This document shows, in pieces, positions 24,590 through 38,349 of a stretch of 64,000 nt of DNA. The DNA is from Macrostomum hystrix (lineage: Eukaryota > Animalia > Platyhelminthes). The number at the start of each line of letters is the position of its first letter. Within the stretch, counting starts at the first letter, position 1. The stretch is from assembly GCA_950097015.1 (NCBI GenBank), contig CATNEN010000038.1, forward strand, positions 19,840,001 to 19,904,000. Reading direction: 5' to 3'. A program made the translations under genes and the position numbers. The notes below the pieces were generated by a model. That model made no database searches and was not told where the DNA came from. It saw only the letters and a program-made list of their open reading frames with translations.

Positions 24590-24727
24590 GTAAACCCAGC
24601 TGTTTCAGTTAACCCAATTAACAGCTGGGTGAACTGAAGCGATGCATAGTTAATTGCTATGGAGTCAGGAATCGAACCCCCGACCTTCAAGTCGTGAATC
24701 CGACGCTCTAAACACAAGGCTACAACA
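24590..24727 (-). mobile_element. SINE family A, 5' half
   Basis: AACAGCTGGGTGAACTGAAGC...GGAATCGAACCCCCGACCTTCAAGTCGTGA...GGCTACAAC matches 3045-3180. Confidence 0.8.
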
Positions 24728-25212
24728 TCCTTGTCTAACAAGATATGTCTATAGATTTTATAAAATTTTATAAACCATATTGTCTAACAGAGGATTCATT
24801 TTGTCTAACAATTACACAGTTTTACCTTGACACTTTTGCTATACTTTTGATATGCGGTTTAATTAAAAAAAGAATTCATTTTATTCGCATTACGGCAAAT
24901 ATTACACACCAAAATGCGTGTTTATGTGTCCTCATTCCATGTTTTATTATTTTCTACTCACAGATTCTTCTTTGAGTTTTATATTGGGATTGGGATTTTA
25001 TGCCATTTCAGCCCATCCATGCAGCTTTTTTTCTTTTGTTATTGACCTAATTTTTTATGTTGTGTTCTTTCACATCTTTTTTAGCATAGTCAATTTTTTA
25101 TCTTTCTGAGCTTTTTTATTGTTTTTTAAATAATTGAATGCCTCGATCTGTTCTAAATTTAGGACACCTTTCCTGATGAAATACTTGACTTAAAAGGGAA
25201 ACCCCTAACCAA

Positions 25213-26866
25213 TAGACACATTGTCTAACAGATGGACACCTTGTCTAACAGATGGACACATTGTCTAACAGATGGACACCTTGTCTAACAGATGGACGCC
25301 TTGTCTAACAGATGGACACATTGTCTAACAGATGGACACCTTGTCTAACAGATGGACGCCTTGTCTAACAGATGGACACATTGTCTAACAGATGGACACC
25401 TTGTCTAACAGATGGACACTTGTCTAACAGATGGACACTTGTCTAACAGGTGGACACCTTCTCTAACAGATGGACACCTTGTCTAACAGATGGACACATT
25501 GTCTAACAGATGGACACTTGTCTAACAGATGGACACCTTGTCTAACAGATGGACACCTTGTCTAACAGATGGACACCTTGTCTAACAGATCGACACCTTG
25601 TCTAACAGATGGACACATTGTCTAACAGGTGGACACATTGTCTAACAGGTGGACGCCTTGTCTAACAGATGGACGCCTTGTCTAATAGATGGACACTTGT
25701 CTAACAGATGGACGCCTTGTCTTACAGATGGACACCTTGTCTAACAGATGGTGACCTTGTTTAACAGATGGACACTTGTCTAACAGATGGACACTTGTCT
25801 AACAGATGGACACCTTGTCTAACAGATAGAGACCTTGTCTAACAGATGGACACTTGTCTAACAGATGGACACCTTGTCTAACAGATGGACACATTGTCTA
25901 ACAGATGGACACATTGTCTAACAGGTGGACGCCTTGTCTAACAGATGGACACTTGTCTAACAGATGGACACTTGTCTAACAGGTGGACACCTTCTCTAAC
26001 AGATGGACACCTTGTCTAACAGATGGACACATTGTCTAACAGATGGACACTTGTCTAACAGATGGACACCTTGTCTAACAGATGGACACCTTGTCTAACA
26101 GATGGACACCTTGTCTAACAGATCGACACCTTGTCTAACAGATGGACACTTGTCTAACAGATGGACACTTGTCTAACAGGTGGACACCTTCTCTAACAGA
26201 TGGACACCTTGTCTAACAGATGGACACATTGTCTAACAGATGGACACATTGTCTAACAGATGGACACTTGTCTAACAGATGGACACATTGTCTAACAGAT
26301 GGACACTTGTCTAACAGATGGACACCTTGTCTAACAGATGGACGCCTTGTCTAACAGATGGACACCTTGTCCAACAGATGGACACTTGTCTAACAGATGG
26401 ACACCTTGTCTAACAGATGGACACTTGTCTAACAGATGGACACCTTGTCCAACAGATGGACACTTGTCTAACAGATGGACACTTGTCTAACAGGTGGACA
26501 CCTTCTCTAACAGATGGACACCTTGTCTAACAGATGGACACATTGTCTAACAGATGGACACTTGTCTAACAGATGGACACCTTGTCTAACAGATGGACAC
26601 CTTGTCTAACAGATGGACACCTTGTCTAACAGATGGACACCTTGTCTAACAGATGGACACTTGTCTAACAGATGGACACTTGTCTAACAGGTGGACACCT
26701 TCTCTAACAGATGGACACCTTGTCTAACAGATGGACACATTGTCTAACAGATGGACACTTGTCTAACAGATGGACACCTTGTCTAACAGATGGACACCTT
26801 GTCTAACAGATGGACACCTTGTCTAACAGATGGACACATTGTCTAACAGATGGAGACTTTGTCTAG
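25213..26866. repeat. Minisatellite, 20/19-bp unit CCTTGTCTAACAGATGGACA
   Basis: About 83 direct copies between the FAM234-like gene and STT3A. Confidence 0.97.
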
Positions 26867-28191
26867 CACATTCAGAATTTTTTTATAATAAAACACATTT
26901 AATGTATTAAAGCACATTTCATTCAAAAGACTTAAATAAAAAAGTTTTTTTCAGTTGATTAACCTATCCGAAAGTACTTCGCTTTTTTCTAATATTTTCA
27001 ATTTTCCTCTTTGTTGTGTTGAATTAGTTATTTTTCAACTATTTTATTTCTGCATTTACGCTTGTTTCGTTGTCTCTCAGTCTATCATTCGCCCTTATAC
27101 TGTAGTAGAATCGCTTCTATATGTGATATATTATGCACTTTTATCAGGAAAAAGGCATGTTTGATTTAATTATTTTGTGTTTCCCTTCTGTTCCTATTCA
27201 AATCCTATCAATCTATATACGCGAAGTGTAAGTTACAATAGACCCTATCTAAGCTTAGCTAGCTTATTAAATGTTGTGCACTATTTTGTGTCTTTCACAG
27301 TCAAACAATAATGATACAAAAAATGACAAAAAAACCAATCTTTATTATATCATTCTGTGGTAATACTGTCAGCCACTGTATGTACTTTATAATATATTCT
27401 ATGTACTTTCGGTGAAATAATTAGACATTAGTGAACACGTTGGTGATAATACATACATACCTTATACATATATGCTTGATTCCTCTGTAAATGTACGTGT
27501 GTTTTTATCAATTATCATCTCTCTAGATGCATTAGATCAGGTCCATTGTCTATATACGAATAGAATGTGTCATTTTTAAGTCAGAAATTAATTTCTGTTG
27601 TTTTCTTATTTCTGTTTTATAATATATTTTATCAATTGTGTTAATTCTCTCACAGGTTCACAGTTATTCAATAGACCAACCCACTATTCTTACGAGTACA
27701 ATTGTTGTAACTGTCAATAGGTCGGTTGATTCTGATCTAATTAACCAAATCGCCTATCAGTTTTTTAGCATTGATTTTATGTGCAGATAAATATAAAATA
27801 TTTTGTTTGTGTTTTTTGTGTCATTTTGTTGATTGTTGTATTAAGCACAAAATCAAAGGTGGACTTTTGACTTGAATCTTATTTTACCATTTATTATCAT
27901 TTTATTTAGAATTTTAGAGTCATAATTTATAAATAGGAAATAGACCCTTTATCACTGCATAATATTACAAGCTAGAAACTTCTAGATCTAGAACTAATTA
28001 CGAGTATAGCCACAAAGTACTTAATACAGAAGCCCCTCATACATAAAGACTAATTTAAGCCAGGTATTTTTTAATCTAGAGCCAAGAATTTCAGGCCCTT
28101 AAAACAGAAGGTTGAGAAATTCTTTACCATCTACTAAAAAAGGCTAAACTGATTTTCAGCCCACCGGGCCATCGATAATTACTAGCTGAAA

Positions 28192-31100
28192 ATGCTGCAA
28201 TCCAAGGTGCTCCTGCGCCATCCGATGCTGAAATGGTTTCTAATGTCGCACGAGAAGCAGTCCTATGTGCTGCAATTGGTCATCCTTTCGCTGGCTATGA
28301 TTCTGTGTAAGATAGTGTTGCAAACTGACTTGTTCTTGTCTGCTTGACTGTGGTTGGTCAGGTCGAGATCGACTGGGGTTGGTCAGTTAGGGATGTACTG
28401 TGATTGGTCAGGTCGAGATCGACTGGGGTTGGTCAGTTAGGGATGTACGGGGAATGGTCAAGAGCAGATAGACTTTAATTCGTCAGTTAGGGATGGACTG
28501 TGATTGGTTTTATAGGATTGTCTTTGATTGGTCAGGTAGGGATAGTCTAATTGGTCAGGTAGGTATTGACTGTGATTGGTCAGGTAGGGATAGTCTAATT
28601 GGTCAGGTAGGTATTGACTGTGATTGGTCAGGTAGGGATAGTCTAATTGGTCAGGTAGGTATTGACTGTGATTGGTCAGGTAGTGATTAACTGTAATTGG
28701 TCATGTCGGGATCGACTGCGATTGGTCGGGTAGGGACGGACTGTGATGGGTCATGTAGGAATAGACTAATTGGTCAGATAGGGATTGATTGTGATTGGTT
28801 AGGTAGGGATGGACTGTGATTGGTTAGGTAGGGATAGACTGTGATTGTTCAGGTAGGGATGGACTGTGATTGTTCGGGTAGGGATGCACTGGGATTAGTC
28901 AAGTAATATATATAATTATTGATATGCACTACATCATTAAAGTACATGTACGTCACCACCCGCAGCCTTCTGCACCCGCCTATTCTCCGTGATCCGCTTC
29001 GGCTCAATGATTCACGAATTTGATCCGTACTTTAACTATCGCACCACCAAGTATCTAGCCGAGAAGGGTTTCTACGAGTTTCACAACTGGTTCGATGATC
29101 GAGCCTGGTATCCGCTGGGCCGCATCATCGGCGGCACCATTTATCCCGGCCTGATGGTGACCAGCACAGCTCTCTATCATCTGTTGAACGCATTCAACTT
29201 CACCATCGACATTCGCGAGGTGTGCGTTTTCCTGGCGCCGCTATTCAGCTCGCTGACCACTCTGGTGACCTTCCTGATGACACGGGAGCTGCACAGTACA
29301 GGCGCGGGCCTATTTGCCGCCTGCTGCATTAGCATTGTGCCCGGCTATATCAGCCGATCAGTGGCCGGCTCCTACGATAACGAAGGCATCGCCATCTTCT
29401 GCATGCTGTTGACCTATTATTTCTGGATCAAGTCGGTGAAGTCTGGCTCCCTGTGCTGGTCGGCCTGCTGTGCCCTGGCCTATTTCTACATGGTCTCAGC
29501 TTGGGGCGGCTATGTGTTCCTAGTTAACCTGATCCCAATCCATGTGCTGTGCCTCATGCTTACTGGCCGCTTTCATCACAAGATCTACGTGGCCTATTCA
29601 ACATTCTATTGCCTTGGCACCGTCCTATCGATGCAGATTAGCTTTGTTGGCTTTCAACCAGTGCAAACCTCCGAGCATATGGGCGCGCTTGGCGTGTTCG
29701 GCCTCTGCCAAATCTATAGCTTTGTTGAATATGTTCGATCTAAGCTTAGCCGTGACAACTTCACCGCCCTGTTCCGCTCCATCCTGATGTTCTCGCTGGC
29801 TTGCTTGGCTCTGTTCCTGGCTGTGCTCACGCTCAGCGGCAAGGTGGCGCCATGGACTGGCCGATTCTACTCTTTGCTGGATCCTAGCTACGCCAAGAAC
29901 AATATCCCGATCATTGCGTCCGTGTCTGAGCACCAGCCGACCGCCTGGTCTAGCTTCTACTTCGATTTGCACATCCTGACCATCATGTTCCCAGTTGGAC
30001 TGTACTACTGCTTCAAGAACCTCACGGATCATAACATCTTTGTCATCCTGTATGGCGTCACTTCCATCTACTTTGCTGTGAGTAGATGCTTGGATGTTGC
30101 TAAGTTTAAGCTTAAAGTTCTAGCATCTGGGCTACAGCCTCCGTAGGGCAACTCTAGATTAAATTAACAAGTATTTCATTGTCTTGTCACCGTTCGTAAA
30201 TAGTAACTTTCGTTACTACTATAAACTTTCTACAAATGAATTAAATTTCAGTACCAAAACTTTCGTTACTAAATATAAGTTTCGTTACTAAAAGTAACTT
30301 TCGTTACTAAAAGTAATTTTCGTTACTAAATGTAACTTTCTTTAAAAATAACTTTCGTTAAAAGTTTTTTTAGTTAAAATTAATTCATTGGTCCGCTCGT
30401 TCAGGGCGTCATGGTCCGCCTGATGCTGGTGCTGGCGCCCATCATGTGCATCCTTGGCGGCATCGGTCTGAGCAGCGTGGCTGCCATCTACGCTCGCAAC
30501 ATCGACCTGACACACAAGGAGGACAAGAAATCCAAAAGCAAAGGTGATAATTATCCAATTAAGAGCGAAGTGGCCCTAGTTGTTGTCTGCATTGTTGGCG
30601 CATTCATGATGTTCTACGCCCAGCACTGCGTCTGGGTCACTAGCGAGGCCTACTCTAGTCCCAGTATTGTACTATCGGCTGAGACTGCTCAGGGCCGGAT
30701 TATCTTCGACGACTATCGCGAGGCCTACTGGTGGCTGCGCAGGAACACTCCGCCAGATGCTAAAGTGATGAGCTGGTGGGACTACGGCTATCAGATTAGC
30801 GCCATAGCTAATCGCACAGTTCTAGTTGACAATAACACCTGGAATAATACCCATATTAGCCGAGTTGGTCAGGCCATGTCATCGCCAGAGGAGAAAGCTT
30901 ATCCAATCATGCGTGAGCTTGACGTTGACTACGTACTGGTGATCTTTGGCGGCCTGTCAGGCTACTCCTCCGACGATATTAACAAATTCCTTTGGATGGT
31001 TCGCATCGGTGGTAGCACGCCCAGTGGAGAGCATATCAAGGAGCACGATTATTATACGCCTCAGGTGAGACTGTTCAGTGATAATAATAATAATAATAAT

Positions 31101-32682
31101 TGCTGGAGGGCTGCGAGCAATGGCACATCATTTGGGTGACTTGACCCGCAGCCAGAGAGGAGGCAATACTGCCCATTTCGCTGACTCCTGAGCACACACG
31201 CACACAAATACCGTACGCAGGTACACACTCACACAGGTGTGTACATCTGCCCTGACTTTCTCATTGTCAGGCAGTGTACACTCTCACTGTGCCTTGGGGG
31301 TTGGCCCTTGAGGGCGTAAATTGCATGACAAGCCCCCAAGCCTTCTCTCCTCGGCTGCGCCCCAAATGAATGTGGCCTCGCTGCGGAATCGAGCTCTGGG
31401 ACTTTCGGTGCAAGAGGCAGACGCGTTAGACCGCTCTGCCACTTACTGTTCAATATCTGTATCTGTACAGAGCTTGTTTTACGGTATACTTGTACGAGGT
31501 CTGTTTTATGGGATGTTTCTACAATAGCCTGTTTTATGGGATGTTTGTACGGTAGCCTGTTTTATGGGATGTTTGTACAGTAGCCTGTTTTATGGGATGT
31601 TTGTACGGTAGCCTGTTTTATGGGATGTTTGTACAGTAGCCTGTTTTATGGGATGTTTGTACAGTAGCCTGTTTTATGGGATGTTTGTACAGTAGCCTGT
31701 TTTATGGGATGTTTGTACGGTAGCCTGTTTTACGGGATGTTTGTACGGTAGCCTGTTTTACGGGATGTTTGTACAGTAGCCTGTTTTATGGGATGTTTCT
31801 ACAATAGCCTGTTTTATGGGATGTTTGTACAATAGCCTGTTTTATGGGATGTTTGTACAATAGCCTGTTTTATGGGATGTTTGTACAATAGCCTGTTTTA
31901 TGGGATGTTTGTACTGTAGCCTGTTTTATGGGATGTTTGTACAATAGCCTGTTTTATGGGATGTTTGTACAATAGCCTGTTTTATGGGATGTTTGTACAA
32001 TAGCCTGTTTTATGGGATGTTTGTACAGTAGCCTGTTTTATGGGATGTTTGTACAGTAGCCTGTTTTATGGGATGTTTGTACAATAGCCTGTTTTATGGG
32101 ATGTTTGTACAGTAGCCTGTTTTATGGGATGTTTGTACAGTAGCCTGTTTTATGGGATGTTTGTACAGTAGCCTGTTTTATGGGATGTTTGTACAGTAGC
32201 CTGTTTTATGGGATGTTTGTACTGTAGCCTGTTTTATGGGATGTTTGTGAAATACTTTTTCATATGGTTTACAGCGTAGTTCGCTTTTAGAGTTTTACTT
32301 TGGACTTATAAATTGGTTGTTAATATGCTCATTTTCTCTATGGCTACTTTGAGTAGGCACGCAGATACTGTACGCAGGTGTTTGAGTCACCGAAAGTATT
32401 TGCAAACACAGAATTCGCTAATTAATTCAGGGCGAATTTCGAGTGGACAAGCACGGCAGCAAGACCCTACTGAACTGCCTGATGTACAAGCTCAGCTACT
32501 ATCGCTTCGGCAGCATGTACACCCAGAGTGGACAGCCTTCTGGTTACGATCGGGTTCGCAATGCCGAAATCGGGCACAAAGACTTTGAACTGACCTACCT
32601 GGAGGAGGCCTACACCACCGAGCACTGGATTGTTCGCATCTACAAAGTCAAGAAGCCCGACAATAGGGGCAACCTAGTTTGA
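28192..32682 (+). CDS. STT3A: Dolichyl-diphosphooligosaccharide-protein glycosyltransferase catalytic subunit STT3A, 4 exons, 712 aa
   Basis: Exons 28192-28306, 28966-30077, 30405-31064, 32431-32682 (GT-AG, 2139 nt). Motifs [51 protein letters not shown]. The short N-terminus ([15 protein letters not shown]) and [13 protein letters not shown] are STT3A-type. Confidence 0.96.
28345..28900. repeat. Diverged minisatellite, ~25-bp core GACTGTGATTGGTCAGGTAGGGA
   Basis: Fills most of STT3A intron 1. Confidence 0.9.
30200..30362. repeat. Diverged ~20-bp repeat GTAACTTTCGTTACTAAA
   Basis: About 7 copies in STT3A intron 2. Confidence 0.8.
31081..31444 (-). mobile_element. tRNA-derived SINE, family B, full length with apparent TSD
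   Basis: Minus strand: A box TGGCAGAGCGG, B-box-like GCTCGATTCC, (TTA)n tail. ACTGTTCA flanks both sides (31070-31077 and 31445-31452). Second full copy at 61703-62078. Confidence 0.85.
31470..32250. repeat. Minisatellite, 28-bp unit GTAGCCTGTTTTATGGGATGTTTGTACA
   Basis: About 27 copies in STT3A intron 3, next to the SINE-B head. Confidence 0.96.
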
Positions 32683-33259
32683 AGTGCTGTTCGCTTTTGT
32701 TTAGTTGTTTTTTTAGTTGATCAAACTCACTGTCTACCGAGGCCATTAGAGGATGCAATAATTTAATCTTCTCTTTTTTAGATTCGGTCACATTGATGTT
32801 AGAGCCATTGGAATCGATGACTGATTGATTGATTAATAAGAGCTGTCAAGCTTTGGCTAGGTTTTTTTAAATAATTATTTTAGTTTGTTTTTTGGTAGCT
32901 TTCTTTAGTTTTGCTTCTATTCTATTCTAGCTTCTCTTCTCTCACATTTTCAGCCCCCGCCATTGTTAGTGTCCGTTTTTTGTTCTACTGATTAAATTTA
33001 GCATTCTAAAAGTCTGTCTTTGAATGTTGAATTTCTTTGAAAAATCTTGAAGCTGAACCTGAACTGATCAAATCATTTGAATTCTAAATCTGTCTTTTTG
33101 TCTGCTTTGCCCTGAAGGTGCCACAACTTTTTCCTGCTCTGTGTGTTGTCTGTTGTGAACTTAAATTATCTGCCTTTTCTAAGGTTGTTTACGAACGAAG
33201 ACTATTTTTAACGGATGGTTGTCTTTTTTGAAGAAAAATTCAGGGAAAATTCGAAAGTA

Positions 33260-33442
33260 GCGAAGTTACTTTTTACGAAAGCTACTGTTAACGGAAGTTA
33301 CTTTTAACGGAAGTTACTTTTAGCGGAAGTTCAAGTAACAGGCGTTAGTTTTAAGGGAAGTTATTTTTGACGCACGTTGCTTGCGACAGTCGTTGCTAGT
33401 AACTGATGTCAATTTTAACACAAGTTATTTTAAACGGAAGTT
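33260..33442. repeat. Diverged repeat AACGGAAGTTACTTTT
   Basis: Several degenerate copies; reverse-complement relative of the 30200 array. Confidence 0.6.
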
Positions 33443-35099
33443 TGCGCAAATGCTAAAATTAGCTTGCTGTTCAACTTTTTCTACTGTATGCATCCTTCAG
33501 GCGATGTCCGATGTGCAAAAACCCTACTTTAAGTAGCAACAATCAAGGATAGTCCATCTTCGATCTATTTCTAATGCCAAATTTTTTAGCAAAACTTAGA
33601 TCTATATATAGTCAGCAATTGAAATCGGTGAATAGTTTCTTATTTTCCTTTCTCAGAAAAATCGGTGTTCTCTTTACTATTAGCTGTAGAGTTCAATTAA
33701 CCAAAAATTGGTCTGCTGGAATCATTTTATGTATGTTTTCCTTCAATTTATTTAATATCAATAATTTTAGCTGCTCTTATAACTTTGAAGAGCCTGTTGA
33801 ATTTCTTTGTGGTGGGCGTTTGATTGTGCTAATTCTCAAATTCATTACACGTTTGAAATACTGCAAATACATTTTTAGTCTAGTAAATTGCTAAGAATAC
33901 TATGCTTTATTAGTGAAATCAAGAAATGCGTTGGTCTACTGTAGTTGGCTATTTATTTATGCATAAAAATACAATTAAGATAGGGGTGTGAATGTTAAAA
34001 CATTATTTAATTCATTTGGTGATAAAATGTTTTTTTTAAATTCAGTCTTGAGTTTCATTTCATTTAAATGAACGGCTTGAGCTTTCAACTTCCGATCGAG
34101 AGAGAGAGAGAGGATGGGGTACGAATCCCAGTCTGAGGAGAACACTATTTAATTTCCCATAGCTTCAGTTGTATCACCTAGGCGTATTACGAGTGACAGC
34201 ATCAGCTCGGTAGAAATTTGGGATTTTTAAGCGGCAATTTAATGTAGAAAAGTATATTCATTTTTATATATTACTACTATAAGTAGCATTATTTGCGTAT
34301 TTTAAACCAAATTCGAAACTGTTTCAACAAAATTTCAAACGTGCCAGTTGAAGTTATTAAAAAAAGTTTGCTGCATTTCGTGTTTACCAAGCCCTCCAGC
34401 CTTCCATTGCTTGTAGAAGCGATACAAATGCCACTCGGTTAGTGTATAAAATATTGGGTAGCTTTCTGTATGCCTAACCCGGAGATAACCTAGGGAGGAG
34501 GGGGAGGCAAGCTTGACCCGGCCTTGTCCTGACCTCACAGGTAGGGGATTCTGAAAGTGAGCATCCACTCTACTTACTTATCATTTAAGATTCATTGTGC
34601 ATACAAGTTTGTGTGTTGAACAGAATTACTTAGTAGGGCAAGCGTTTGTGTGCTAACACATTTTATAATTGGCTGTGTATTGCACTCACATGGCACAGGG
34701 AAAACATTTTTTAGCAACGATGGAAATAGCATTTTTGGACAGTGTCACACGTTTTATTTTTCTAAGAAATCTGTCTTTCAAGCGATTTGTGTAGATGAAT
34801 GAAACGGCTGGTAAGTAGCAGTTCAGAAATGGTCTTGTTTTTTTCAATATTATTTCAAGTTTACTTTAATTAAGCTTCTTTTATGCTTAACTGATACGAA
34901 AGGTGGTGTTTTGTGTCTGTGCGTGTAGCTAATTCATTATCCAATCGACGTGACACAAACTGACTGACGGTGGAGAGAACGGCAGTTTCTAAAGAGAGAT
35001 AGAGAGGGCGATTGGAGCTAGATAAGATAAGAACTTATGAAAATAATTAATTATGGAAGACCTTGGATCAGACAAGAAACAGAGAGGTAGGCATTGGGC

Positions 35100-35445
35100 A
35101 GGGATGAGAGAGGTAAAATACAGGATGAGAGAGGGTAAAACAGAGGATGAGAGAGGGTAAAACAGAGGATGAGAGAGGTAAAACAGGATGAGAGAGGGTA
35201 AAACAGAGGATGAGAGAGGGTAAAACAGGATGAGACAGGGTAAAGAGAGGGAAGGCAGAGGGTGAGACAGGAAGGCAGAGGGTGAGACAGGAAGGCAGAG
35301 GGTGAGACAGGAAGGCAGAGGGTGAGACAGGAAGGCAGAGGGTGAGACAGGAAGGCAGAGGGTGAGACAGGAGGGCAGAGAGTGATACACGAAGGCAGAG
35401 GGTAAGACAGGAGGGCAGAGGGTGAGACAGGAAGGCAGAGGGTTC
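35100..35445. repeat. Compound purine-rich minisatellite (GGATGAGAGAGGGTAAAACAGA, then 20-bp GAAGGCAGAGGGTGAGACAG)
   Basis: Two adjoining arrays. Confidence 0.9.
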
Positions 35446-35763
35446 TAAGCCTAACCAGACCATCTGAAACAACGATTCCAGTAGCAGGCAGAACTACAAA
35501 AGTTTTTTTTAACGAAAGGAAACATTGTAGAAAGCAATATCCTGATTCTGTGAGCCCCACATGCTGATTAATTGCGTGACATTTCTTCCGGAGAAAATTA
35601 TTTCCCCCGTTTAGCTTGTATAGCTCCTCTGTCATGCTTAATTCGACCTGATCCGGCATTCTGCGTTATTAATCTTCGGTTCTTTTTACCTTGACACGAT
35701 CGTTTCGCCGGCTACTTTTGCAGGGCTGTAATTCAACTCGCGGCCAATAGCATTAATTCAAGT

Positions 35764-35925
35764 GTACATAGTACGAAGTACATAGTACGAAGTACATAGT
35801 ACGAAGTACATAGTACGAAGTACATAGTACGAAGTACATAGTACGAAGTACATAGTACGAAGTACATAGTACGAAGTACATAGTACGAAGTACATAGTAC
35901 GAAGTACATGGTACGAAGTACATGG
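35764..35925. repeat. Minisatellite, 14-bp unit GTACATAGTACGAA
   Basis: About 11 copies. Confidence 0.95.
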
Positions 35926-36849
35926 TACCCTTGCAAAACGCAAACAATATAAGCGCCTTGCAAAACAGTGTAGCTTCCATTTTATTATCTCATTAGTTCC
36001 GAGTTCCCATAATTTAGTGCAAAAATGGTTGCTAGCTTCACAGAAGATGAGCGAGCAAGACGGCAAATTGAATACCATTAAGAACTGCATTTGAATATTG
36101 ATGAGAACTGACGGCTAGCTGGCCATAAGTGAGCACTTTTACAACAGCCACAGAAAGAAATGCCGGTCAACGCCGGTTCCGTCAATTAAAAATATGAGAA
36201 ACTATGCTCACCGCATACGCACACAGTACTTGCTGGTTTGGGATCAGAGAGTTAGAAACAGTGTACTCAAGTGATGTACAAGTTTGGGATGCTTTTTTTT
36301 AACCCGATCCCCAACTCCCTCAGTGCATGAAAGAGTCTCGCTTCGGGTTATGAAATTGTACTTTTAAAGATTAAATCTCTGCTTGCATGCGTGCCTCCTT
36401 TCGCCATTCCGTTTGAGCCGGCCTCTCTAATCCGCTTGATCCGCCTTTGTCACTGGCCCCACCCCAATCCCCGCGGCTATTCTAGAAATTGAGTCGGTAC
36501 ACTAATCAAATAATTTGTAGCTTGAAAATATGTTTAAAGACTCAAGGAAATTACTTTTTAATCAAAAAACGCATGTCGCTTCACATATTCGTGTTCGAGT
36601 AAGTTCGAACTGATCGTTAGATGGCGTCTTACTCACATCGGTCACGACATCGGTGCAAGGAAGCATTGCATGGGTGTCATTTATCTCCTACCTAATCAGG
36701 ACGATCACGTTCCGACTGCGTGATAGTTTTCGACTTGCTTTTTATAAAGACCTTTATGGCTTCTACTTTTAGCTTGCATCATGGCTCATAAGGATTTCAT
36801 CTGTTCCTTGCTGATCATTCCGATCTGCTAATTTTCTCTACTGACACAA

Positions 36850-37142
36850 TCTATCTCACTGTCTATCTCACTGTCTACCTCACTGTCTATCTCCCTGTCT
36901 ATCTCACTGTCTATCTCACTGTCTATCCCACTGTCTATCTCGCTGTCTATCTCACTGTCTATCCCACTGTCTATCTCGCTGTCTATCTCACTGTCTATCT
37001 CACTGTCTATCTCACTGTCTATCTCACTGTCTATCTCACTGTCTATCTCACTGTCTATCTCACTGTCTATCTCCCTGTCTTTCTCGCTGTCTATCTCCCT
37101 GTCTATCTCGCTGTCTATCTCACTGTCTATCTCACTGTCTAT
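36850..37142. repeat. Minisatellite, 12-bp unit CTATCTCACTGT
   Basis: About 24 copies. Confidence 0.95.
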
Positions 37143-37509
37143 TTCATTTTTCGATGCACAGAGTCCCTGGCGGAGAATGGAAGAGTGATAATTATTTAAC
37201 GCGAGAGCTGAGTGATAGACAATGGTATAAGACAGTTTAATTTTTGTGTCAACTGACAGAATTAGCAGTTCAGATAAAAATAAAATCTATCGATAAATTT
37301 AATTACGTTTTAAAAGGTTTACATTGACTTGCCCGAATTAAATGACTGAGCTATTAAAGAAATACTTGTCTAGCCCCAGTTGTTTCTAAAAAAGACACTT
37401 GTTTTGCCGACATTTGAGCAGACAGTGCCTCCAGAGCGAGACTTTGAGATGGATGTTTAATTTTAAAATGCAGAACGCGAAAAGTTTCCACTCTATCCGA
37501 GGAAACAAC

Positions 37510-37590
37510 TTAGAGTTAAGTGTCTTGCTAAAGGAGTCCGGAATCGAACCCCTGACCTTCAAGTCGTGAGTCAGACTAGGCTAAAACCTC
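37510..37590 (-). mobile_element. SINE family A head fragment with internal deletions
   Basis: GAGTTAAGTGTCTTGCTAAAGGA-GTCCGGAATCGAACCCCTGACCTTCAAGTCGTGAGTC matches 3076-3155. Confidence 0.75.
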
Positions 37591-37716
37591 TCTACGAAAA
37601 CCTCTTTATACTGACCAATGTTGGTTGTCACCAGGGTCTTCGACAGTTATCGCTGAATATCTAGACGATGCTAACTTCGGACGGCTTTGAAAGTGAGTAC
37701 ATCGTCAAAGGGTCTT

Positions 37717-37799
37717 GAAGTAGGTAGGTAGGGCATTTGAAATACCCATGTGGTCTTTCCCCTGGAGGGGTAGAAATAGCGTGGTATTTCTACTGTTAA
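37717..37799 (-). mobile_element. Second copy (inverted) of the end of the TTAA-flanked element at 23109
   Basis: Reverse complement TTAACAGTAGAAATACCACGCTATTTCTACCCCT...GGGTATTTCAAATGCCC...CCTACTTCA matches 23105-23184. Confidence 0.7.
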
Positions 37800-38349
37800 A
37801 GTTTCCGACTTCTAACCAATTGGTCAGGAGTTCAAATCCCAGGTAAATAGAAGCAAGTGTGTTCTCGAGAAAATGGGCACCAGCATCGGCTGGGATAGAA
37901 ATTTTATTGTATACTGTCTTTTTTCTTTTGTTTCCATCGTAACATTCTCGATGCAGCTGTGGGCCGGGGCCCTTAAAATCCCATAATCCTGTAGCTGAAT
38001 GTATAGCTTTGCCCAATCGTCAGAATTCATTAACTTTCAGCTTTAATGGCAGTTTTATAATTCAAACTCATCTGCAGATGCAGGCTATCCCGCACAGCAT
38101 CTGTAGCTGCTCTGTCTGAGCCTAATAATTAACAAAGAATGGCACTGAATTATTGAGATCCGGAAACTAGGATCTCTTATTACTCATGTCATGTCCACCA
38201 TATTTACAGCGTATTCCCAAGCATCATCGCAAAGCCATATACTTGAATCTTTTTACACGCAAATTAGTCAGCATTTTCAAATTCTCGAGGTTTCACATTA
38301 CTTCAAATGTTACATTCAGCAAATATTTGATTAGCCAAATGTCACATTT

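Noticed and set aside
28150-28192. Acceptor-like TTTTCAG just upstream of the STT3A ATG (similar sites precede other ATGs) as evidence of spliced-leader trans-splicing or an operon
   Set aside because: Plausible upstream cis donors exist (e.g. CAG|GTATTT at ~28064), so ordinary 5' UTR introns explain them; not decidable without transcripts.
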